NCBI RefSeq assembly: GCF_009914755.1
Contig: NC_060932.1
Strand: one strand, 5' to 3'
Length of the DNA: 64,000 nt
Source of the DNA: the human T2T-CHM13v2.0 reference genome, Homo sapiens
The stretch's first letter is position 1; each line of letters opens with the position of its first letter. Positions 21,763 through 37,030 of this stretch are shown piece after piece. The translations under genes and the position numbers were made by a program. Below the pieces are notes generated by a model, which saw only the letters and a list, made by a program, of their open reading frames with translations, made no database searches and was not told the origin of the DNA.

Positions 21763-22376
21763 TAGCATGTCAGAAGGGGAAACATTCATTACAGAAAGAA
21801 CAAATGATGATCTTCAGAAATCAGTTTGGCCTTTAAGAGTGAGCATTATATAAGAATGCAAAGGCCGTATCCCACGTGGAAATCATTGCTCCTGTTTGTG
21901 GAAGCAATGTGTTTAAACTTGAATGTCAGAAAACTACATGAATCAACAGTGACTGGGTGAAGCAATTGAAATGCATCCAACTTCCTACCTGTAAAAGGTA
22001 ATAATGTTTCACAATTATGTATGATAATAACCTTTGATGGCATGAGAACACAGCAAGGCTGAAAAAATCGTGTAAAATGGAAGTGACTTTTTGAAACTGA
22101 CTCTCCTGAAATTCAAATTCAAGCAAACGTCTGACCACCTTCTTAGGAGGTGGGGGCTCCTTGAGCGATTGCTGTTTGGACCACACTAGATTAGCCTTTT
22201 TTACTCAAAAGTAAAAAGTACTTAGCCATAAGTACTCAAAAGACATTTTGAACGCTGTGTTCTGAAAAATATTTTTACAATGATTAAAAAAGAAGTTCAG
22301 ATGCAGATGCACATTTTTTATTTTAGTTTAGATGCTAGCCATTAGAAAGTCTTATGAGGGAATGGACACACACTCG

Positions 22377-22380
<4 letters not shown>

Positions 22381-22424
<44 letters not shown>
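22381..22424. repeat. (CA)n microsatellite
   Basis: About 22 CA units. Confidence 0.97.
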
Positions 22425-22425
<1 letters not shown>

Positions 22426-22716
22426 CACAGAGGCTTTGTGCTGCTCAGTTACTTCAACTGAAAGTCCTTCCATGGAAAAAGTCATTGAAGATCCACCTGT
22501 GTTCAAAGCACAGGTATACCATGGGATAAAATTGACGAAAAATAGCCAAGAAAAAATAGCAGCTCAACTTCTCTTCAAAAGAGGGAATGAAAAGTTACGC
22601 TGTTCAGATTCCATTACTATATGTAAATATACAGAATAAATTCAGAGAGTATAATTCCTATGCTAGCAAAATTTCAAAGAAACTTTGTAAATTAATACCA
22701 AAGGAAACATTTTTTA

Positions 22717-23451
<735 letters not shown>

Positions 23452-24755
23452 GATAAACAGTCCAAAGCAATGGGTGAGGGGGAAGGAGGGTTGTGTGGCT
23501 CAGATGCCGGGGGACAACATGTGCTATGGGACTAGACAGAGAAGGATTCACAAAGTAAGTGAATCTAAAGAAATTACCTGGGGTTATAATGTCCAGTTCT
23601 GGCCAGGATGCCCAAATAAATAATCATCACAAGGGTACTTGATGAATATCTCCAGAGCTTGTTACACTTTAGGGCTTACCATCTGCAAAGTGCCTTAGGT
23701 GTGTTATTCCATCTAACTCTTACACCAACACCAAAAGGGGTCCCTACTACCATCCCTGTTTTTCAGATGAAGAAGTGAGGCACAGAGAAGGTGCTCATCT
23801 TTCCTTAAGTGACAATATCACAAGCAGCCTGCAATATTAACTGCTATACTAGCCAGAGAGTAAATGCTCAGTAACTGCAGAGGCTTCTGGTCAAATGGAA
23901 AAACTATCACAAGTCTCAGTGTTAACCTACATATTTCTGCTATAGTAACAACTACTTTAAAACACAGAAATCTGGTTTGGAAATCTCGTAGATATCAGTG
24001 CATTATATAACGCAGCTATTGTACAAAGGATTTTCAATGAATTACTACCACTCAGGATGTTTGCCAATGAAATGTTGAGGTCTTCTCAGCATTCCATTCA
24101 GCTTATGATGCTGATTGTAACAAGCAGAGTTTTGGCAAAATGTCATTCTTTCCTAAATTGGAATGTCTGATTCTGCCTAGCTTTGTTAGTAGAGGTTAGG
24201 TTTAATGCATGCAACTGGATTTCATCTTTGGCCATATTTAGCCTGGAAGAAGATCTGTTAAGAGCCACCGAAGTTAGTAGTCTTTTACCTAATGGCATTT
24301 AAAACAAGCCAAGACATGGCTACATTTCACAGAGTTTTTGCTTGAGGTGACCCAGTGGTCCCTGCTAGTGACTGCCCTTCTGTTAAAATTCAGCCTGAAA
24401 GGGTATCAGGATTAAATGAAACTAAGATCCCAAGATTCCCAGCTTTTTTTGTAGCATTAGGAATCTGATTGTTTTCTTGCTGCCATTCGCACATATTGTT
24501 TGGGCTTATTATTATAGTCAAACAAATACAAAACACTTGGACTTTTTTGCGTATGTTGCATACATATGTTGGAGTACGTGTATCTATTATACAGAAACAC
24601 ATAAATAATGAGACATAAAATATATATCTTATAGGCCAGAGAGACGATTTTTATCGCAGATAAATTCTCATTCTGGTCCATAAGGAGACATAAGCAAGGA
24701 TGATTACTGCAGAGCTGTAGTGTTGGGGAGCTGGAAGCAATGTGGGTGGATGTCA

Positions 24756-25230
<475 letters not shown>

Positions 25231-25591
25231 AAGCAGCAAAACATGTTTGTGTAAGAATGCATATAAACACATGTATGTACCATAATTCATCAAAGACATT
25301 AGAATGGTTGGTTGCCTCTGGAGGAGAAACAAGAATAAAGAGGCAATGTATAAAACCAGAAAAGAGTCTTGCATGGGCCAATGAAGCCACTGTGCTTGAA
25401 CTGATGAAAAAGGCAGACTCAACTCTCTGCACCTGAGGTCCAAAAAGCAGAGAAGAAATGCATGCAACTCAAAAAGATTTTCATCTTGGGTGCTCAGCCC
25501 TGTGGCTCCTGAACGAAATGTTTGAGAGGGCAGTTAATGGTTACCAGGTGGGTTTCCTAAGCACTTTGGATGTGCTTGGATGCTCTTTAGG

Positions 25592-25755
25592 CCAGAGGTT
25601 CCCAGTCATGGCAGCACATTAGAGACGTGTGGGGACATAGTAAAAAATGCCACTGCCGGGCCCCACCCTCAGAGATTCTATTGTGCCTGGGCATCAGCAT
25701 GTTTCAGAGCCTCCAGGTGATTCTAACGTGCTGCACCCAGGACTGAGAACCATTG
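25592..25755. mobile_element. MER5A-like hAT-Charlie element
   Basis: cagaggttccc...gcacattaga...cagagattct...ctccaggtgattctaacgtgc...tgagaaccattg. Confidence 0.8.
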
Positions 25756-25944
25756 ATTAAATTTCTGCATTTTTTTCCTAGTGGCAAATGTTGCATTCTT
25801 TGGCATTTGAAAAGAGACTACTGAAATCAAGTTATTTTCCTTTAGCCAAACATTAATTTCATTATTAACAGAGAGCACCCAAAATAGCAAAATTAATTTA
25901 TTCATTTGATCATACATCCAAAACTTTTTGCTGGGCCACTGTGT

Positions 25945-26062
25945 GTTTAGGCTGGGCACTGCATAATTCTATGAGGTGCTTCCACAGTGTAGTCTACGCA
26001 AATGGAGCCCCCTGGAGTTACTCAGTGCACAACCTGCCCCATAGTATGTAGCAGCCGGTCTG
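25945..26062. mobile_element. MER91-like hAT-Tip100 element
   Basis: aatggagccccctggagttactcagtgcacaacctgc resembles the MER91 consensus. Confidence 0.65.
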
Positions 26063-26069
26063 AGGGTCC

Positions 26070-26860
26070 ACTGTGTGTCATGCATTGAACTCAGTGTCTT
26101 GACTATACTAGTGAACAAGATGATACAGTCCCTGCCCAATGGACCTTCCAGCTTCTAGGGAAGGCAGTCACACATGTGACTCTTGGGAAGTGTGACTGTG
26201 CTGTGGAGGGAGGGGTACTGCAGGAGCTCATGTTAGGGCTCCTCACACAGTCTGGAGGGGGCAGGGAGGGCTTGCTGGAGAAATTGAAATTTGAACCAAA
26301 ACATGACAAATGAGTACTGGAGCTGGGGGAGAAGAACAGTGTTGTACACCCAGAGGAAGCATCCCTGACAAGACAGGGAGAGGTTACTGTGCTCCTAACA
26401 CAGCAAAGCAGCTGCATGCAAAATGGGACTTCAAAGGAAGACAGGGCCTGCTGACACAGGGTCTAGTGGGCCAAGTTAAGAAGTGTGGACTTTATCTCAT
26501 GGGCGATAAAAAAGGAAATAATCATAGATGAGGCTTGAAAGAACATTCTGGAAACAAGTGGAGTTGGGCGGCAGGGAGCTGAGAGTGGATGCGGGGGCTA
26601 GTTATGGGACTATTGTGCAGATCTGGGTAGGAGAGGGTGGTGGCTTGGATGAGAGCAGAGGTTTGGGGAGGGAAAGAGGTGGACACATGTGAAAGGTGTT
26701 TGGGAGAAACAGGACTGGAGAGTGCCTGGATCTGGGGCTGGGGGAGAGAGCTGGCACTAGACAGAGTCAGTTGGGCATTTGTTGAAAAAAGGCACAGAGA
26801 AGAGAGGAAGTCCTGGGTGGGAGGTCGGGGTGGGGAAGATGGTGACTTTGTTTTGGACAT
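26070..26860 (-). mobile_element. L2 fragment
   Basis: Degenerate L2 3' region (cagtccctgccc...tggcttggat...gttttggacatgttg). Confidence 0.6.
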
Positions 26861-27059
26861 GTTGCTTTTGAGGGGCTGGTCTCACAGGCTGAGCTCCTGA
26901 GAAGTAGGTTCTGAGACAGAGTTTAGAGAGTAGGGTTATTTCTTAAAGTGCTCTCTCGAGGGCATCACAGAAAATGGGAGGAGGACACAGAAGTGCAAAG
27001 AGGGAGATGTTGAGCTGCAGGGCAGGCCTAATGACAGACTTGGCTCTGGCAGAGAGTAC

Positions 27060-27637
27060 TCCTCAAAAACAGCCACATCAATGTGTGTTCTCACAGTGTA
27101 ATGCTGGCTCTCCTCCATGGAGGGGTGGGGTTCAAGTTCCATACCTTTGAAACTGGGTGCAGTTTTGTGACTGTGTGACCAGTGTGATGTGGCATGACTT
27201 CTGAGGTCATATCATAGAAAGGAATAATAGCTTTCACCCAGCTCTCTCTCAGGTGCCTTTAGTCCACAAGTAAGAAGCCTGGCTGTCCTGAAGCCTCCAT
27301 GCTGGAGAGGGCACATGGAGAAACCACACACACACACACACACGCGCGCGCACACACACACAAAGATGCCCAAGGAGCCCAGTGGCTCCAGCCCCAACAG
27401 TTTGTGTGCCCAGTCCAGGCACCAGACCTGTGAGTAGTTGGGTTTTAGATGCATCCAGCCCCAGCCTCCAAGCCATCCCAGCAGACACCAAGTGGAGCAG
27501 AGACAGACTAGCTCTTCGTTTTCTTCCCTCACCCCAACCCCTGTCCAGAATGCAGATTCATGAGCAAAGTAAATGTCATTGTTTTAAGCAGTTACATTTG
27601 GAGGTGGTTTGTTACACAGCTTTACATAACCAGCACA
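27060..27637 (+). mobile_element. MaLR LTR (MLT1 family) nested in an older ERVL-type LTR (about 26880-27050 and 27638-27920)
   Basis: ccatgctggagagggcacatgg...gttttaagcagttacatttggaggtggtttgttacacagc is a typical MLT1 3' end; the flanks read as one LTR-like sequence. Confidence 0.7.
27325..27362. repeat. (CA)n(CG)4(CA)n alternating purine-pyrimidine tract
   Basis: Read directly. Confidence 0.95.
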
Positions 27638-28119
27638 TCAGCTCACCCTCAGGGAGCTCTGGAGCTAGGAGAGCCTTTCAGAGCTGTTCCAGGTTGAGCC
27701 AAGACGGCTGAGCTTCTATATTCCTGCACTGATCAGTGATTGAATATGAGCTTCCCTAAGAAGTGACATGACCTTGGACAAGGAGGTTGTTTCCAGTGGA
27801 GGCAATCCTGGATGATGACAGCACTTCCTGCATCTGGGGGCAAAAAGTCCCTTCCTGAAGGGGGAGTTGAGTGGCACATCACTGTGACTGCTATGGCCAA
27901 GGAGACAGCAAGTCAACTACGTAGCAGGAAAGTAGCTATTCAGGCCTGGAGTTTGGAAGGGCATGGTACTGGGAAATACCAGTTTGTATAGCTCGATGTG
28001 TTTCATCCTGTGGTCTGAGAACTGAGAGCAGCCTGCATCTGATCATCCTAATGCAGCCTCCCTGCCTGACCCAACAAATCAGTAGTCAGGATTATTGCCC
28101 AATCATCCTCATGCCCACT

Positions 28120-29220
28120 AACATTGAGAAACTCTGGATGAAGATGACATAAAAGCCAAGGGGGAGTAGATAAGGCATCCAAGGGAAACTACATAGGATG
28201 AAAAGAGAACCCCAGAGACACCACCATTTGGGAAGAAGATAGAAGTTGCAAAGGAGATGGGGTGAGAGTGAGGAACAGATGTGGCTTCCAGGGGGGGCAG
28301 TCAATAGTAGCAAGTGCAGAGAAGAGATCAAGTAGGGTGAGAATGCTGGAGTGTCTGTGGGATTTGGCAACAAGGAGGTTATTGTTGGCTCTAGCCAGGG
28401 CAGTTGGGGTGACTGTTGTAATTTCATGGTGCAGCCTTGGTGATATTTATCCTGAGCCTTTTGGCTGGGGCCTCTGGTGCAGAGGAAGGGACTAGAGCTG
28501 AGAAGGACCCCAGAGGACTTGATGGGATTGTTTAGGATGGGCACTCTGCTCAGAGTAAAAAGAAAGGGACTGACTAAGCAGAGGCAATGCAAAGTAAGAT
28601 ACAAGAAAGTAAACGAGTGATAAGTTAAAAGGAAAGGAAACAGCCCATCAGGGGAGACTAAGGACTAGCTAAAGGAGCTAAACCCAGAAGACTGTTTATT
28701 AAGCAAGTACCCATGAAGGTTTACACAACCAAAACAAGGCAACCCAGTGGAGGCCCTTACTAGAATAGTCACTTTAGTAGCCAGGAGAGCAAATGTGTTT
28801 GGAATCAACCAACTGGGATGTAGTTCCCAGCACCACAAGGCAGTATCTCCTAGGAAGCCATCTCATTTTGAGCATCCATTTCCTTATCTGTAAAATGGAG
28901 ATGATCATGCCTAACTTGCTACTCTGCTGCAAGGACTGTAGCTCATTCATTTGTTCAATGAGCGTTTACTAAGCAATGCCACATGCCAGACACTACACTA
29001 GACACAGACTATATAACGGCAAACAGCAGAGACCAGGCCCACACCCTCCTGGAGTTTGTCATCTAGTGAGCAAGGTAAACATGAAATAGATTGTGACAAT
29101 AGTAATGATGTCATGACATTTGTGATTAGTGCTATACGGAAGAAGAAAGACAAAGTATATTAGATGCCAAATAGTGCTTGGGACATGGTAGGTGCTCAGA
29201 AAATGGAATTTACAATCATC
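28120..29220. mobile_element. L2 and MIR fragments (MIR about 28780-29220 interrupted by an L2 end)
   Basis: tttccttatctgtaaaatggagatgat (MIR core); ttcatttgttcaatgagcgtttactaagc (reverse L2 3' end). Confidence 0.6.
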
Positions 29221-29499
29221 CTTACCATTGGGAGGATGTTTAATGGGACCATGTTCAGCAGAATTGTGAAAAGAGATACTTTATCTTTATCTTGTCTCTG
29301 CAGATTCTCTTTCTCTGCTGTTTTTCTCTTCTGAGGCAGTATGAAATTTCATTTTTGTCTTATTAAAATTTGTGGGTTTTTTTTAACACCATTAAATACT
29401 TGCAGGAAGAAGTGAACATAAAGGTGCTTTTCTTGTGAGGGTAATCGGTATAGTATATTGGTGCCTCTTTTTTTAAAAAAAATTTTGGAGCAAGGTTGA

Positions 29500-29600
29500 C
29501 ACAAAACTGACTCATTTGGCAGGAAAGTTTGCCAATATGAGTTAAGAGTGAGTCAGAGAGACATTTTACAACTTATCAGCCAGAAGAATCACTGATAATG
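29500..29600. promoter_or_regulatory. Candidate AP-1/NFI/GATA enhancer
   Basis: TGACTCA 29508-29514, TGAGTCA 29549-29555, TTGGC and GCCAA half-sites, CTTATC and TGATAA. Confidence 0.45.
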
Positions 29601-30119
29601 ACCTTTGTTGCCATAGCAAGTTCCTGTCAGCCATGGGATTTGATACTCTCTCCAACTCCATAACATATATTAGCTCCATTCTACAGCTGAGGAAATCAAG
29701 ACTCAGAAGTTTCAGCAGCTTATCCAAGGTCCCAGAACCGTGGCTTGCCCCAGGCCTTATTTTTCCCAAAGCCCTGTCCACCTCATCAAACTGTCTCCGG
29801 AAGAAGAAAGAGCCAGAGGGGTGCGAGATGCCAGTAGCCCCTGTGAGAGGCCAGCTATGGGGCCTGCATTTTACCCCGGTGACCACACAGTCAGAACAGT
29901 CACACTTACTTGCAGTGGCTTCGGGTCTCTCACACAGTCATCATTTGAAGTGCAGGACAGTGTGACCAGGCTCTGAGGGAAAGGTGAAGACAGCATGGCA
30001 GCCCGGTGAGCCAGGCCTGAGGATGCACAGGCTGGGGCTGGGCCCAGAAAGAGAACTGGGCAGGTATAATAGCCACAGGCTTGCCAGGAGCATGCATGTG
30101 CAGACAAGAGAGAGTAGGA

Positions 30120-30290
30120 GTGTGTGTATGTGTGTGAGGGAGAGAAAATGCGTGCCTGTGAATGTGTAAATGTGTGAGTGTAACGTGAGCTTGTGTTTTT
30201 GCACATGGATATGTCTGGGGGTGAATGTGTAAGAGAGCATGCATGTGTATGTGCGGGTACGTGTCTGAGAGTGCCTACATGTGTGCATGT
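30120..30290. repeat. Degenerate (TG)n low-complexity tract
   Basis: Read directly. Confidence 0.85.
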
Positions 30291-30941
30291 GAAGAGTCCA
30301 CCTGAAGAGGTTCAGAGTTAAGGTGATTTGCTGCCCTGGGTCACTCTGAAGTATATCTGTTCCCTGTTGACTAGGATGCTACAACCGCTTATAATGTTTT
30401 TTAGGGGGAGTCCGAAGAAACACAGTCCCAGAGTTACCCCGAGTCTCTAATCCCCCAGGAATGAAATCCCTGCACCCCAGCAGCTATCATTTAGAGCCTT
30501 TCTCAATTAGCAATCATAACGCCTAAAGCTTTGAACAGTTGTTGTATGTTTATCTTTCTCTTCAAGTTCACTCTGTTGGCTCTCATAACCAGCCAAGTTC
30601 AAACAACCTTCTGTCTGGCAGCCACGAAGACAGCTCCCCCAGCCCCCACCCCAAAGCAGTTATAACCAGACAGAGGTTGGAGCAGATTTCCATGATCTCT
30701 GTGTGTGTTCTGCTGCTTTTTTAAAAAACTGAGCTTTGTGATGTGCCTATCTTCATCAAGGATTTGCGGTGGCTTACAATATTAAAAATACACATCCAGC
30801 AGAAATACTTCAAAAACTCAGATCAAAACTCAATTCTAAAGAAGAGAAAGAGGTTCCATTGTGTGTGTTCTGTTGCTTCCCTTATGGTAAAATAAAGCCA
30901 TGAGAGGTGCAACATTGGGTAATGGTTAAGAATATGCCTTG

Positions 30942-31070
30942 TCTGAGCAAGGTGGCTCATGCCTGTAATCCCAGCACTTTGGGAGGCTAAGGTGGGTGGA
31001 TCACTGAGGTTAGGGGTTCGAGACCAGCCTGGCCAATGTGGCGAAATCCTACCTCTCCAAAAAAAAAAAG
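30942..31070 (+). mobile_element. Alu left monomer / FLAM
   Basis: Left-arm sequence plus A tail; TSD-like aatatgcctt. Confidence 0.85.
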
Positions 31071-33278
31071 AGAGAGGAAAATATGCCTTTAGGAGTTACA
31101 CACTCTGGCTTTTAATTATTGTACTGTTTGTTTTCTCTAAGCCTAAGTTTACTCATCAATAAAACAAAGACAATGATAGCCCTACCCTGTATGACTGAAG
31201 AATGGAATAAGATAATGTATATAAAGTGCTTAACACAGTGCCTGGAATACAGTGAGCAGTCAATTTAGCTAGGTGGTTGTTATTTTCACTGCCATGGTAG
31301 GATTTGAATGATATCCACGTTGCATCTCTTTTTGGTGGTATGCAGAGATCCAGGTGGAAATTCCCCCTCTCTTCTGGTCCGCTGGGAAGAGAGGTGAAAT
31401 GAATACGGTACTAGAGCCCCATCATCCAGTAGCCAAGAGCAGATGTGTGGCCTGACTTTGTGTATGGCAGCAGGGTTGTTTAGGCTGCATGAGAGAGTAC
31501 GTGATGGGATTTCCTTTAATTTTCTGTTTTTCAGTTTTGGTTTTGTTTGCAAGCTCTGCTGGGCATTTGCATGGGCTGGATTGGCTTGCAGGCTCTGTGA
31601 TCACTAGGAATAGGGCTGAGCTGAGCCAAGGTGATGGCTTGTGTTCAACTGCAGGTCAGGTGTGGCTCCCTGGGGCATAGTCCTGGAAGACCTGTGGGCC
31701 TCCTTCTAAGGCCTCCTTGAGTTCTGTTGATCTTTGAGGAACAACAGATCTTAAGGGCAACTAATCTCAGAGAACATGGTAGCCTCTTCAACAGACCCAG
31801 CCTATAGCATAAACACCTCCATGTGGGTTTTTTACTCAACCCGAAATATCTAGACACACAGTCATCACATGCATACATTCCTGATGTCTCCATCAGGTGG
31901 GTGAGAGGTGATCTGTGATCTCTTTAAATGTAGTGAAGTGCTCAGGACAGTCCCACTGAGCCTTCCTACCCACTCAAGAACACTGCTACCTTCTATCTTC
32001 CCCTTGGCATTACCTCAGTTTCCCAGATTTCTGAGGCAAGCACCCTCTGTACAGGCCTGTGTGGGGAGTTACCCCAGGAGCTATCAATCAGATCCCACCC
32101 AGTAGTATTATCCATGTAGATGTCTGTCTCGCATTCTCACCCTCCACCCAACAAGTTGGATTCAAGGGTTGGAGCCGCCCATTGTCTATCTATGCATCCC
32201 CATCCCCACCTCCAACTCCAGGTCTCCTTTGTGCCTGGCACTGAGCAGGTGCTGTATAAATATTTGTTGAATCAGGGCATGAGTATGAAAGTAAGTGAGC
32301 AAAGGAAGGGCGCATTTCACAGAATGAGAAAATAGTAAAGCAGAAGTCAACCCTGCCAGTCTTTAGATTAAGCACCCATATAATACAGTCACGGACACAG
32401 AGGCCAGGACTCCCCTAAGCGGTGGAAGATCTCAGTGGCAGGACCAGAGTCCAGATGTCCCATTCTTGCTGTGACCCTGGGCTGCTGCGTGTTCCCTCTC
32501 TCAGTCTTCATCTGTCATTCTCAGAGAGAGACTCCAGAAAATGCCTGAGAAACAGCGGAGTCCACTTGGGTCTCTGTCAGCCCCACCTCTCATTGAAGTC
32601 AGTAGTTCATTAACCAGGATATAACTTGGGCTGGCCTCATTACAAAACCAAATCAATAAATATTGATTGAGTGCCCCCTATGTGGACAACCAGGTGAGAA
32701 TGAGGGAAGACAGGAAACAAGAGAAGAGAGAAGCCTTGTGCATATCTGCCTTACAAATGGTTGGTCTGACACCGCAAGTCATGTCCCTAACACAGTCCAG
32801 AGGACATAGCAGGCATGCCTGTGGGCTTTCAGCACTAAAGATAAGGGGAGGTGGTGTCTCTTCTGGCTCCAGAGAAAGCCCCTTTCCCCCTCAGGTGAGA
32901 GGGAGAGGAAAGAAAAATGTTATGTAAATAATGAGTCCACAACTACACCCTGTTCATGCACAAAATTCCAGGAATGATTAAACCTGACTGTGGCTCCAGG
33001 ATAAATGAAATTTAGCGTTCCAATTGCCCTGTGCACTTACACGCACACTTTCTCTTTCTCTCTCTATGTCACACTGACACACACACAGTATGTTGGTGCG
33101 TGTCTATCAGCTTGTAACTGGCCCACAAGGAAGGCAGTTCTTCTGATGAGAAGGTGATACTGGGAGCCCTCAAAGACGCCCACTGTCCCTCCTCAGCCAC
33201 TCTTTCATTGTGTCCTGGGCACATCGGTTAGCTGCTCCAGGCTTCTACTTGTCCATTTTAAAAAAGGGAATACTACCA

Positions 33279-33686
<408 letters not shown>

Positions 33687-33829
33687 CTATAAATATCATT
33701 ATTTATCTGCTTTACACTATGCTGTGACTATAATCGTGCTTCATAGATATAAATACTCCTTAGAAGTTGAAATACGGTATGCCTCACATAGTCCAAGTAT
33801 TTTTCAAAGGCCAAGTCCATCCTTCAATA

Positions 33830-35060
<1,231 letters not shown>

Positions 35061-36189
35061 TATATTGACCCAAAGTCATTCCTAAACAGAATTCACTGTG
35101 GATAGGGCCCTCAGACAACTTACTCATGCTTTACCATGGCCAAGGAGGTTGAGGCTTCGAGAGCTGGTGGTGTGGCCAAGGCAGAGGTAAGATTGGAAAC
35201 CAAATGTCCTGATCTCCACCTGAGGCTTCTGACACTCTCCCTCCTCATTTAACACCTAATAGCAAATCAAATGCTTGTATGTCCACTTATATTTGAAATG
35301 CAACAGGAAAACCATTGGAGAGAATTTTACCATTATGTAAGATAATAAATATTCAAATAAGTCAAATCATTGTCTACTATTTTGTCTCCAACATAAATCA
35401 AAAAGTATTTATTTTTATTTGCTTGAAGTAGATTACTCTTCCAAGCAAGCTTGAAGTACATTACTCTTCCAAACGACCTATTTTCTCTGGTTGTTTAAGA
35501 ACAACCGAGGACCGCAATAGATGTGGCAAAAGAGAATTTGAATAATGTGCCTATAAACAACTATTCTCCTGCAAATTCAGGTAGTTCAAGACCAGCCTGG
35601 CCAACATAGAAGTATTTTATATAAACTCAATTAATCTTCTAAAAAATTCTATGACATAGTTGCTATTACTGACTCCACTTTACAGACGAAAAAACTGAGA
35701 TGGAGAAGTTAGGTAATATGTCCAAGGTCATAAGCAGCTGAGCTGAGCATCATTAAGTCTGTGTTCTTAACTATGCCACATAAACAGCCCCTTGAGAAAC
35801 CCAGATTTAAGATCTGGCTCTATCAACTATTGTTTATGGTGATGATGATGATTTTAGCCTCTTTCTTTTAAATTCCTACTTATTTCCTCCAGCTGAAATC
35901 CTCTTCAGGAATTAGAGCAATTAGGAATCATAATATGATAAAATGTTAGAGCTGTGAGGGACCTTGGAAACCATATAAGCTAAGCCTCTATTTTACAGAT
36001 GAGGAGACTAGGGTCTAGTGTATTTACATAGTTGTTGGGTGGTTGTTAATGATAGAAGAACGATTTACATATGGTACAATCAATCCAATAGCTCTGGTTT
36101 TGTAGTGACAGACCTCCAAACAACAAATTTATTTTCTAGATCTTTCTAAAATAAATTCTGGATCTTTCTGTAAAGGAAAGAGCCTAGCC

Positions 36190-37030
<841 letters not shown>

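Noticed and set aside
28092-28604. 170-aa minus-strand ORF
   Set aside because: Overlaps degenerate L2-like sequence, with no coding signature or family match.
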